From the NCBI GenBank assembly GCA_973895155.1, contig OZ316894.1, forward strand, positions 13,883,580-13,947,579: 64,000 nucleotides of DNA, written 5' to 3'. The notes under the pieces were generated by a model. The model worked only from the letters and a program-made list of their open reading frames with translations. It was not told where the DNA came from and made no database searches. Both the position numbers and the translations under genes were made by a program. Origin of the DNA: Marsupella aquatica. Its lineage: Eukaryota; Plantae; Marchantiophyta. Shown piece by piece: positions 37,591 through 48,147 of the stretch. The number at the start of each line of letters is the position of its first letter. Position 1 is the stretch's first letter.

Positions 37591-39864
37591 TGTCACGTCG
37601 TCAGCCTAGGCCTTAACCCAAGCTTTGGCTTAGACAGACACATCCTTTGTGAATATGAGGGTTTGGGCAGGGAGGGATGCACGGAATGCTCATAATTCAC
37701 GTAAACTAGCACTAAGTGCGCTTACTATTATGTACAGACACCTCCTAGGTATAGTTTGTGTTCCGCCGCCGGAACGTACCTTAGTCAACACGGGGTCGAC
37801 CCCGGCTCACGCACTTCTAAGCCTTCGTGTTACTACCTTCGATCCGGATCCGTTAGTATAAGAGCTCAACCCGGGCTCGCAACCCCGTACCCATATCCTG
37901 CACCCCGTGCACGGTTGGCATAACGTGTTCGGCCCGACATTGATACTTGCACACGAGACTCATACATGCATACATACATAACAAAAATCTCGATTTACAT
38001 GAAGGAATTAAGGAGAAAGGATTTCATTCATTTATGATCATACACTTTATGATTTGGTTGACCCGACACCTCGTGAACGACCGGGCCCAAGGCCGAGGAG
38101 TATACACTACAATGGAGCCCGGCTCCGCACTCACCCAGCAAGCTTAGTCATATACCCTCCCCTTGGTACTTTGGTACCTCACCGAGTTCGGGGCTCCCCG
38201 TGCGTACTACGAATGGCCAACTTCTGAGTCTAAAATCCCCCCTCCCTAACCTCTACTAGGGGGGCCGCTAAATACTAAGGGCTGAGGACCGGCCTGGCCT
38301 TGTGCCCGAATCTACGCTAACTTATATCCCTACTAAGCTGGTGCTTGCTTGTCCTATTAGTCTAACCTATTCTACACAGGTTGGATAATGTGTCAGCACC
38401 GCTATCTTCTGGCCGGCACTTGTCCTACTAGCCTAATTTAGCTACTCCTAAGTCTATTCTAAGCCTAACCCTCCGCTAATGTCTGGTGCGCTTGCCAGAG
38501 CCGTCCGAGTGGGAGCGGCCATCCCGCTGCCTACGGAGTCTGTTGTTGTCCGCCTTGAGGAGCTAGACTTGGTCCAGCAGAGATTCATTTTCTCGCTTCG
38601 CCGCGTCTGTCTCCTTAGATGCCTCCTGGCATGCCTCTTCCAATTGTTGGGCGTTGCTCGTCAGCTTGTCCACCACCTGGGTCTATTTCTCGGCTTTGGC
38701 TTGAAGCCGTGCCACTTCGGCCTGCAGGGTGGCAATCTCCGCAGTGTCACGCTGGGCCCGCTCTTCGGCCTCCTCTAGGTCTTTATGCCAGATGACAGTT
38801 TGGTCCTTCAAACTGTCAACCTGGGTCCGGAGCCGTGCAATCTCGACCTCCTTCCCGGCTTTGGCTTGTTCGGCCAAGGCGGTAAGGGCATGCGCATTTG
38901 CTAACAACTCATCTGCGACTGCAACCTTGGGTCGTAGTTGCAGAAGCTCAGCCTCTTGAGCTGCAACTTCATCCTTTAGGTACACGGATTCAACCCGGTA
39001 CCGCTCTATCCGCTGAAGGGCCTCTGACTGAGCCCGACCTGCTTTTACTACGGTAACCAACTCCTGATTGAAGAAGTAGGCTACCTTCCAAGCCATGAAC
39101 TCCCTGGTATCCCGAGCTATCTGTTGGGAGAAATCTCCTAAAAGCCCATTTAGAAATATACCCGGTACGAAGAGTTCCGGGTGGTCTAGGTTATGCCCGT
39201 CTGGAGTTGGGCACGGGCAGACGTTAACTCGCATGGGAGCCGGGGTAGTGACATCCAGCCCTGGGGATGTAGTGTTGGAAGGGGCTGGAGTGTCCTCCTC
39301 CACCATCGGGCCGTCCTCTAGAATAGCCACTGATGGGCCTTCTAGACCTTCGGGCTCGGGCAAGGCCTCCATCGCCCCGACTTCTGCACCAGGCCTGACC
39401 TGGTTGATCGCGTTTAAGGTTGCGATCATTGCCTCTTCCGGTACTTCTTTGGCCACGGCTACCGCTACCTATGGAGGTTGGATGGGTGAGGCCTACGTCG
39501 CCGCCAGACTTTGGGCCTCGGGTTGAGGCCGTCTCTCCAAGGCCGGGAAGATCCACTTAGTCGGGACCAATTTAGTTACATTGACCCGGGGAAGGGTTCA
39601 TCGATCAAACCGGGCGTACCACTCGAGAATGATCTCGATGTGGCTCACAAAATATGCCTTCCCGCCGATGCATAGCGACTTCCTTCGCCGCTCCATCTCT
39701 TCATGGAACTTCTTAGCGAAGTACAAAGCCCACTTCCTAGGTCGATAGTTCTCGACCTGGATAACCTGGGCAGCGGAGATCTCGCCCCGGGGTTCCATCA
39801 TGTGGAGGGCGTACCTTTGGAACTCCAGCCGCTCAGCTATCTCGGGGATGAGGCAGGTCCTCAC
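37591..39864 (-). mobile_element. Truncated ORF-containing LTR-like unit (second family)
   Basis: Starts TGTCAC exactly where copy A homology stops. Minus-strand ORFs 38683..39456 (coiled coil) and 39598..39888 (RTCLIPEIAERLEFQR...PRGEISAAQV, compare NTCTNPHIGEMIDFLR...PRAEIGKAQV in 18470..20011). Confidence 0.7.
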
Positions 39865-41388
39865 AACATACATTTCAAGCCAGCACAAACATGTGCCAGA
39901 CTTGGATCTATTGTACCATCAATGTTGGGAAGGTGACATGGTGCACAGTTGCGCACATGATCCTTCCAAACCATACCATCGCATCCCTCCAACATCAGGA
40001 CACCAAAAGGAAACACTTCACGCACACGTAAGATTGTCCGGCCTGCGGTCACATCAAGTGTCGTGGGTGTTGTCTGCTACAAATAAACATAATCACCAGG
40101 ATGAAATCATCGAATGCTTGCACGGTAACCTCCTCCACGAATAGTGGCATACCTCAAAGTATCACGATGTTGGGCAATGGCAAGGTTGTCAAAAGCCATG
40201 GGCATCACTCTCTGAATATCCGTGCTCTCTCTGAACACACCTTGACCCAAACATCAGGATCATCCAAGTTCACAACTGATGCAGCATCACGACGAATAGC
40301 TGCTGGCAAATCTGGCTCTCTACCATAGAGCAAAAAGTAAGGTGAGAAGGATGCAAGTGATGCTTGCCGACTGAAACGGTAGCCCATAGCTAACCAAGGT
40401 AGCTGAAGATCCCAATCTCCCAGATGACCAACTTGCAAGCCATACTTACGCAATCCTCTCTTCACAGTTTGCACAACTCTCTCAGCTAATCCATCTGCCT
40501 CAGGATGATCACGAGAGATAGTACGATGATCAATCAGAGCTTGTTTACACAAACTCCCAAAATCTCCACGGAACTCAGTTCCCTGATCAGTCAACACCTC
40601 AGCTGGTGCTCCAAAATGACTGAGTACGCGATCCAAAAATGTAGTAGCAACTCCTCCACTGGCTTTATCTAGCAACGCCACTAGCTCAATCCACTTGGAA
40701 AAATGCTTCACCATGACCAAAATATACTGATTATGGCGTTGGGTAAGACGTAATGGACCAGCAAAATCCAAACTCCAACGATATCCCAAACCCATGATCG
40801 GTAACGAGTGCAACTGGGAAGTGGGAGCATTAAATGATGCTCTCACTCTATCACATACCACACACTTAGCTATCAACTGCTGGACATGAGTGTGCGTACC
40901 ACGCCACCAATACTGTGTCTACAGCAAGCTATAAGTGCAGCAAGCTATTTGTGTGCATGTCGCACCAAATGTACTCGTTGTGATGGTTTTGGTACCACCA
41001 ACACCCTACCATCATGCAGTACTCTCAAAAGATGGTTTCTCTCCCATTGAAACCTCTTGGCTCTCTGTAGAACCCTGTCGCGTTCTTTGGCATCAACACT
41101 GCCAACAATAGAACCACTACGCAGATATTCCAACACCCTCACATCATTGTGAATATCTTGTTGTCCAAAAGTTACCTCACCAACATCCACATCTGAAGAC
41201 TCATCATCCACTCCATCCAATGAGGTAGAGTCCACAGATCCACTGTATGCTGGCACCCAACAAAGAAAGGCAGATGCATGCCATCCTGGCACCATCTCCT
41301 TATTTGACTCATCATGCCATCTGGCTCCAGTCTCATCCTGCTGACTGGTACATGGATTGCGGCTTAATCCATCTGCATCCAAGTTCAC
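39865..41388 (-). pseudogene. Gypsy integrase
   Basis: HAH...YWW...CVVCDR zinc finger, RWSLDFAGP, FSKWIE, LTDQGTEF, HPEADGLAERVV, SPYFLLYGR. Confidence 0.92.
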
Positions 41389-41640
41389 TTTTTCAGCCTA
41401 TGCACCACCTGGAAATCATACTCTTGTAACAACAATGCCCATCGTGCAAGCTTCCTTGTAAGCTTGTCAGATTCCATTAACCACTTAAGAGGCTGATGAT
41501 CAGTGATCAAGGTGAAGGGGTTACCAAACAAGTAGCAACAAAAGTGTGCAACAGCCCACACTACTGCCAAACACTCTCCCTCATAAGAGCTATCCTTAGC
41601 CTTTGCTGAATTGTTTGATCTACTGGCATAAGCCACAACA
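41385..41640 (-). pseudogene. Gypsy RNase H, C-terminal half
   Basis: VAYASRS, EGECLAVVWAV, LITDHQPL, LARWALLLQEYDF. In frame with RT once the LINE is removed. Confidence 0.92.
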
Positions 41641-43980
41641 TAGTGAAGGCTTGGTTTGACGAGGATTGTGCTAGAGCAAGGATGCAAGCAAGATCACATT
41701 CAAGGGAAAAGAGACTTTTGGCATTCACTATGTACAAGAACTTCATCAAACACAAGAAGAGGTGCTTCTTGAAGAGTCATCAACAATCACTATGTGAGGA
41801 GTTCATCAAACATCCAAAACGTTTTTGGGAGAGAATGCAATCAGGCAAGACTACTCCCCCCTTGGATCACCAGGACCTGGTAACCTATGTCACATCCTTG
41901 TATTTCTTTCCAGATGCTAGTGGCATGCCTTTGCCCCTTGGGGACACCATTCAGTTTACAGAGAGGGAGGTGAAGGTGCATCTTTCCCACATGCAACATG
42001 GGAAAGCTAAAGATCTGTTGGGCCTGAACTTGGAGCTTCTTTTGTGGGGAGGACCCTCTTTACTAACAAACTTGGTGCATGAGTTGAATCAAGCAATGGC
42101 TTTAGGTTTACCTAAAGCTTGGATGACCAGAAGAGTGGTGCCTATCTTCAAGGCAGGCAACAAGGACGATGTGCACAACTACAGAACCATCATGGTAGGC
42201 AATACTTTTGCTAAAGTTTTGGGAGGACTACTTGAAGCCAGATTAAGCTCTTGGTTGGAGAGTGAGATGAAAAGGGCACCTTCACAAGCAGGTTTTAGGA
42301 GAGAATTCAGCACTATGGATCACATTCTCTGCTTGAGGGTGTTGTGTGAAAAGGCCAAATCTCCACATAAACCATTATTTTGCTTGTTTGTGGACTTCTC
42401 CAAGGCCTTTGACAAAGTTTCCCGATCCAAGCTTTGGGATAGGATGGTGGAGTTGGAAGTGCCTGAAGAGCTCAGGTTGGCTGTTTCTAAATTGTACCAA
42501 GAAGTGCGCATCAAACTTTCAAAGGAAACCTCTGAAGAAATCTGGAGCACTCTTGGGGTGATCCAAGGTTGTCCTCTCTCACCAACTCTCTTTGGCATCT
42601 TCATTGATCAGCTACACAACATTTTGGAGGAGCATGGTGGAGTTGGCACTCAATTGGGTAGGTTTGTCCTCCAACTTCTTATATTTGCAGATGATGTGGT
42701 CCTACTTGCTCATGCTCAAGAAGCTTTGCAAAGACATCTCAATGCCTTGGAGGAGTTTTGTCAAGCAACAGGGATGGTAGTCAACCTCAAGAAGACCAAG
42801 TGTTTGGGCATTGGCACACGACAAAATCCAGAGCTCTACTTCCAAGGGAATCTGGTGGAATTTGTGAGGACCTACAAATACCTTGGGGTGGAGTTCTCTC
42901 AAAACTTGAGTTGGGCCTCATGTGTAAAATCTAGGGCTGCCAATGGGTACAGAGCTTTTTATGCATTCATGAACAAATGCAAAAGAGCTGGTCTACACAC
43001 TTGGAGGTTAAGGAAACATCTCTTTGGAGCTTTGGTGAAACCAGTCATTCTTTATGGAGCACCAATTTGGGGAGCAGGTGTGTCTAAATCTGGGTGGCAA
43101 CAGATTGAGGGGCTGCAAAAGCTATTTCTTGAGATGGAGCTTGGGATCAAGTCACAAACCCCATATGCACTTACACTTGCAGAGGCAGGCTTGTTTCCTT
43201 TGGAGGTGGAGGCACTCTTCCACACACTCAAATACATCATGCGTGTAAGAGAGTTGGAGGAAAACAGATTTCCTTTTCATGCCTTGCGCTCATCTTCAGC
43301 TAAAGGGTGGTATGCAGATGTGTGCAGGTGGGCCCATGCTTGGGATTTTCCTGAACATGAATGGCCAACACACCCAACCAAGCTAAGAGCAAAACTTGAG
43401 CAAAAGGCTTTGCACAAACTTTGGCATGAACCTAGCCCACGGCAGCAATACTACATGAGAGATGTGAACCCCATGAAGAAATATCGAGAACAAGAATACT
43501 TATCTAGCACTATCTCAGTACAACTTAGACAACTTATTGCTCAGTATAGACTAAGCTCACACCACCTTGAAGTAGAACAAGGGAGATGGAAGGATATTGA
43601 CAGGAAAAAGAGGGTTTGTCAACTATGTGATAGCTCTAGTATAGAGAATGAATATCATGTATTCATTGCTTGCAAGTTTTATGAGGGGGTTAGGATGGCA
43701 TCTCAAATCTTGGTGAAAGATTTGTATGCATTGTTTGGTCTGCCCCCTCAGCAACTTGGAAGATATATCTTTGCGGTGGATAGGGAAAGGAGAATAGGTT
43801 TGGAAAATCTTTCAGGGCTCTCTAGGTCCATAGTTTCTTTGAGGACATAGTTGTCCTCTTCTGAGCAATCTCTTTTGGTTGCTCTTTTCTTTGATTGCAT
43901 TGTACTTTACTTTTTGTGGCAGCTCCTTTGACTTTCATGGTCCCGGAGCTTATAATACATTACCATTACCATTACCATTA
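41641..43980 (+). mobile_element. 5'-truncated RTE-X-like LINE with (CATTAC)n tail
   Basis: Splits the Gypsy RNase H between EFV and VAYAS. Imperfect TSD CCACAACA (41633-41640) / CCATAACA (43981-43988). About four CATTAC repeats at the 3' end. Confidence 0.85.
41643..43850 (+). CDS. Non-LTR reverse transcriptase, uninterrupted 735 aa, endonuclease missing
   Basis: NYRTI, QAGFR, FVDFSKAFD, GVIQGCPLSP, LIFADD, YKYLGV, and C-terminal RLSSHHL...CQLC...ENEYHVFIAC. Confidence 0.9.
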   Translation: MKAWFDEDCARARMQARSHSREKRLLAFTMYKNFIKHKKRCFLKSHQQSLCEEFIKHPKRFWERMQSGKTTPPLDHQDLVTYVTSLYFFPDASGMPLPLGDTIQFTEREVKVHLSHMQHGKAKDLLGLNLELLLWGGPSLLTNLVHELNQAMALGLPKAWMTRRVVPIFKAGNKDDVHNYRTIMVGNTFAKVLGGLLEARLSSWLESEMKRAPSQAGFRREFSTMDHILCLRVLCEKAKSPHKPLFCLFVDFSKAFDKVSRSKLWDRMVELEVPEELRLAVSKLYQEVRIKLSKETSEEIWSTLGVIQGCPLSPTLFGIFIDQLHNILEEHGGVGTQLGRFVLQLLIFADDVVLLAHAQEALQRHLNALEEFCQATGMVVNLKKTKCLGIGTRQNPELYFQGNLVEFVRTYKYLGVEFSQNLSWASCVKSRAANGYRAFYAFMNKCKRAGLHTWRLRKHLFGALVKPVILYGAPIWGAGVSKSGWQQIEGLQKLFLEMELGIKSQTPYALTLAEAGLFPLEVEALFHTLKYIMRVRELEENRFPFHALRSSSAKGWYADVCRWAHAWDFPEHEWPTHPTKLRAKLEQKALHKLWHEPSPRQQYYMRDVNPMKKYREQEYLSSTISVQLRQLIAQYRLSSHHLEVEQGRWKDIDRKKRVCQLCDSSSIENEYHVFIACKFYEGVRMASQILVKDLYALFGLPPQQLGRYIFAVDRERRIGLENLSGLSRSIVSLRT

Positions 43981-43988
43981 CCATAACA

Positions 43989-45142
43989 AACTCATTCCCC
44001 TCATGATCCTTTTGAGTCTGCACTGCTCCAAGTCCTACTCCACTCCAATCAATGTGTAGCTGAAATGGTCTGCCTGAAATGGGTCTTCTCAAAATAGGGG
44101 ATGATGCCAACCTTTGCTTCAACTCCTGAAAGGCATGCTCCTGGTCATCACCCCAAATCCATTCTTGATCCAACTTAGTGAGTATGGTCAAAGGTTTAGC
44201 AAGCTGGCTAAATCCTTTAACATACCTCCTGTAGTAGCTCGCCAATCCCAAGAATGCACAAACTCTACTCACATCAGTAGGACAAGGAATCTGTGTAATG
44301 GCCTCCACTTTAGTCTGCTGTACACCCAATCCCCCTAGGTATATAGTGTGGCCCAAATACTCAATCTGGTCTTGGAAGAACTTACACTTGCTAGGATGGA
44401 GCTTCAACCCATGTGCTCTCAATCTCTCCAACACAATCTGCAAGTGCTGCTGATGTTCTTCTACAGTAGAAGAATAGACCAAAATATCATCAATATAACA
44501 TCTGACAAAATCCAAACCTACAAGGATTTGATCCATGACTCTATGGAACTCAGCTGGTGCATTCTTCAACCCAAATGGTAAGAATAACCACTGATACAAA
44601 CGATCTTTGCCATAAGAATCAATCCCCCAGAATGTTGTCTTGGACCTGTCAGCATGCCTAATTGGAAGTTGATGGTACCCTGCCCTTAGATCCAATGAAC
44701 TGAAAACCTTTGCATGCCCCACAGCATCAAAGATCTCCTCAGGTGTGGGCATGGCATATCTATCAGATTTTGTCTGGCGATTAATGGGTCTGTAATCACC
44801 ACACATGCGCCTATCTGTGTAATTGCCATGCACATCCTTCTTGGCTGGCATCACTATGGCAGATGCATACTCCCCATATGAAATCTCCACCAATCCAGCC
44901 TCCAACAAATCTTGAGTTTTGCTTTGAATCAGAGCTCTCTCCATGTCACTGTAACGGTATGGCCTACGAAAGATTGGCGCATCACTAGCCAATTCAATCT
45001 GAATACCAGGACCCTTTAATGTCCCCAAATCCTTCATGCAAAATGCAAAACAATTCCAGTAACTCTTTAGGAATTGATGCATGCGACGTCTCTCCTCCCT
45101 TGTCAACTTAGGGCCAAGTTGTGGTTCCCAACTCTCCACCAA
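43989..45142 (-). pseudogene. Gypsy reverse transcriptase and RNase H start
   Basis: RMCGDYRPIN, LDLRAGYHQ, PFGLKNAP, YIDDIL, FLGLASYYRRYV. Confidence 0.95.
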
Positions 45143-45389
45143 ATCCCTAATATCTTTTTGTAGAGTAGAAGAGATAGCCGATGATTGCTATTTAGCAGTA
45201 GATTGAGCAGTCCCTTCCTGCTCAACAATCTGTCCAACCTTGGCCAATCCTGCCATAGGTCCATGGACCGTCTGCTCGCCCCCAGCTGTGGTCAGTACTG
45301 TCTTAGTGGACCGCAAGCTCACCAAGGGACAATTATTAATTCTAGCAAAGCGCACCCGCAACTGTTCAGCTACTCCCAAGCTAATAATC

Positions 45390-46345
45390 CAAGTCAAACA
45401 ATTCAGATCCATTGCTTGACCAAGAACCTGGCGCCACAAACCCTCTGACATAGAGGCAACTGCAGTGGTGCCAGTCAAAAATCCCATAGCACGCTCCCTC
45501 GCATCAGTAGTAGGCTCCAATAACTGCTGGAGAGCTGTGTCCCACACAAGTCCAGGGCCACTTGCTCTGAATGCATATGAAGCAGAGTGGCTTACAAGAG
45601 TGGGTAATGCACAACGTGGGCGTCCAACTGCATTGACCACTGCCAATGGAGGTCTATCAGGTTGGGTCACACCCTGTGCACGACACCCTGGATCCAAAAT
45701 ATCATCCACCACTAAGGCTGGTGAGCATGGAATGTTGTCAAATGCGCGCTTCAACACCTCACATGGGATCAAATTAGTCCACTACAAGCGTGGACGATGT
45801 GCACGAGAACCCACACGTGCAACATCCAACAACACAGCAGGTCCAATCCAAGACCTCACCTGGTGAACACTAGCAACAATCCGACTACGATCATCACCTA
45901 ACAATGGCACATTCTCCAAAATGTATGCTGGAGACTGTGTTTGATGTAGCTAGAGATGACGCAGCACCCGTAACATCTCCCAAAACAATGCAGAGCATGG
46001 ATCATGAAGTCCATGCCCAACGCCAGCTCTAGATTGGCCCTGACATGGCCAACCAACAATCACCAAATCAATGGGGCCAACACGATGCAGATGATCCACC
46101 CCCAGCAATGAAATATTAGCAGGTAGTGCATGCTGATAACCACGAACAACATCCACTGGCAACAACTATGGATATCTATCCACCAACATAGCCACATGTC
46201 GCAATGAGACCCTCTGTGCTGTCTCATCTGTCTCCATATACAAATAACAACGCACATGAATTCCTGCCTAGAGAACATCAGCCAATCTAGTGCTAAGCCC
46301 ACCAAAAAGATCCAACAAACAAATACCCTCCGGTGGATACTGCCA
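45390..46345 (-). pseudogene. DNMT3-like C5 cytosine methyltransferase domain (copy B, complete motif set)
   Basis: LLDLFGGL, GPIDLVIVGWPCQG, YILENV, RAHRPRL*WTNL, RERAMGFLTGTT...RQVLGQAMD (motifs IX-X). Same reading frame as the RT ORF. Confidence 0.92.
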
Positions 46346-46599
46346 AGCAATAGAAGTGGTATCCAATGGTGAAAGAGTCACAGGTCCATCTGCAAGAGAC
46401 TGCTATGGTCCTGACTGTGGTGTAAAAGCATGACGCCATGCATCATGTACCAATCGTGCGGTTGCTTGTGGCAAGGCCTGTGTAGTGCCCACACTGGTGG
46501 CACAACACTGCCAACAGGTAATCCTCGCATGATATGAGACTCCTCCAATGATCAGCCTATTCATTAAAAGTGTATTTTCTTTTGTTCACAAATCAGTCC

Positions 46600-46682
46600 T
46601 GAAATGTACACTTTTATGTCCCCAAATGTACACTTTACGAAGCCCAAATGTACACTTTTTGATACCTAAATGTACACTTTAT
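46600..46682. repeat. Left subterminal repeats AAATGTACACTTT
   Basis: Four copies, followed by a TA-rich microsatellite at ~46697-46780. Confidence 0.85.
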
Positions 46683-46970
46683 AGGCCAAATCTTATTAGT
46701 ATTATATTAATATATTATATTATATTATAATAGTATTATATTATTATATTATATTATATTATAATAGTATTATATTACTTATTAGTTCACAAAGAACCAT
46801 GGGATAGAGATCATATTTGTAAAAACATTTCCACACAAAGAAGCCCAGGCAAGGACCATTGATTGATAATGTGTGAAAATAATTATATACAATTGTGTCC
46901 AAACTCACAATGAATATCCAGGGCTGGCACCCATTTTTACTATCTAATGGGCTTAACATGAGTCAGATAT

Positions 46971-48104
46971 CTAAACAAAGTGCTCCTTAAAATATTTATT
47001 TGAGCACGTGCCTTTGTCTCCTTTACTATCTACCCTAATGTCACGGCTGCAACTCCCTTTATCTTCAGGGAGATGAAATTTGGTGGTGTTGTTCTTAGCT
47101 GCTATAATCTCCCGCAAAAAGTGTCTGGGATTTTCTCTATACAGACCTGAATATTCGCGTCCTACAAATGATCTAGCAAGTGAGGTGACAAGTGCATCGT
47201 CAAGTTCCACCTCAGGACGTAAGCTACATATACGGTGCTTCACAGCCCAAGGAATCTCATTGCTATTGAGGTCCAGCACACTATGCCTATACTGTGACTT
47301 CCAAATTTTTGCTGCACATCTCTTACTAAGTTGATCATAAGTAATCTCATTTTTTGCCTTGTCTCTCTTAATGTGCAATAGAGACCACTTTGGAGAGTTT
47401 AGGAGAAGATAATAACGAATATCACTTGCATGTGACAGTTTCTCAAGACATGGCCAAAGAATTGTTAGAAGAAAATTGTCTCCACGATTGGCATGCGTGT
47501 AGGGCACTAGAAATAGTCCAGTCATGTTTGGGTTAGCAAATGCCTTCAAGGGGGAGTCATCCACAAGGAGTGTGTTGGTTTCATCATATAGATTTCCAAA
47601 TGCACTCCATACCACCCAAAAATCCTTCAATAGCACATTTGCCTTTCCATTTGTAATGTCACGCCTTTGAATGCCTGTGTCAAAGGCTTCCACCTGTGTG
47701 AATACAAACTTCAGTTTCAACCGCTCCTCAATTGTGAACATCATGTTCAACATTTTCACTGTTCGCGGCATCCCAGCACATGTCCAAATTGCAACGTCAA
47801 ACCGGTCAAAAACCAACTTTAGAAACTCATGGAGCCCTGGCCTCTCTGTATACATGCGACTAGTTCCATTTGATCTATCCCAATGCACTCCACTTGAGGT
47901 GACAATATTTCTAGATGTGCCCTTGCTTTGGAATTCAATAGAATCCCAAAGTATTTTATTAAGGTCCAAAATCAGCAACTTCCACTTGACGGGACCAGGT
48001 CTCGATTCTGCAAGTGCACCAAACACCACTCTCAGAGAAAAGACCAAAAGTGAACTTTGGATTAGGATTGTCTCAGTCCAAAAATACAAGACAATGGCTG
48101 ACAA
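46971..48104 (-). CDS. FCP1/NIF-like HAD phosphatase domain protein (cargo)
   Basis: KLLILDLNKIL (DxDxT-like position), ERPGLHEFL..VFDRFDVAIWT, LLKDF, NTLLVDDSP.KAFANP. The true start is probably spliced. Confidence 0.8.
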   Translation of the reverse strand: MSAIVLYFWTETILIQSSLLVFSLRVVFGALAESRPGPVKWKLLILDLNKILWDSIEFQSKGTSRNIVTSSGVHWDRSNGTSRMYTERPGLHEFLKLVFDRFDVAIWTCAGMPRTVKMLNMMFTIEERLKLKFVFTQVEAFDTGIQRRDITNGKANVLLKDFWVVWSAFGNLYDETNTLLVDDSPLKAFANPNMTGLFLVPYTHANRGDNFLLTILWPCLEKLSHASDIRYYLLLNSPKWSLLHIKRDKAKNEITYDQLSKRCAAKIWKSQYRHSVLDLNSNEIPWAVKHRICSLRPEVELDDALVTSLARSFVGREYSGLYRENPRHFLREIIAAKNNTTKFHLPEDKGSCSRDIRVDSKGDKGTCSNKYFKEHFV

Positions 48105-48147
48105 AAAAGAAAATTAACCTACATACCATTTTTAGAAGCCTCACAAT

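Noticed and set aside
43958-43982. Telomere-like hexamer, or an MVMVMV peptide
   Set aside because: It is the LINE 3' tail, directly followed by the TSD.
36881-46345. Host DNMT3/DRM gene
   Set aside because: It is intronless, in frame with retroelement protease and RT, present twice in the same context, and lacks PWWP/UBA domains or DRM motif permutation.
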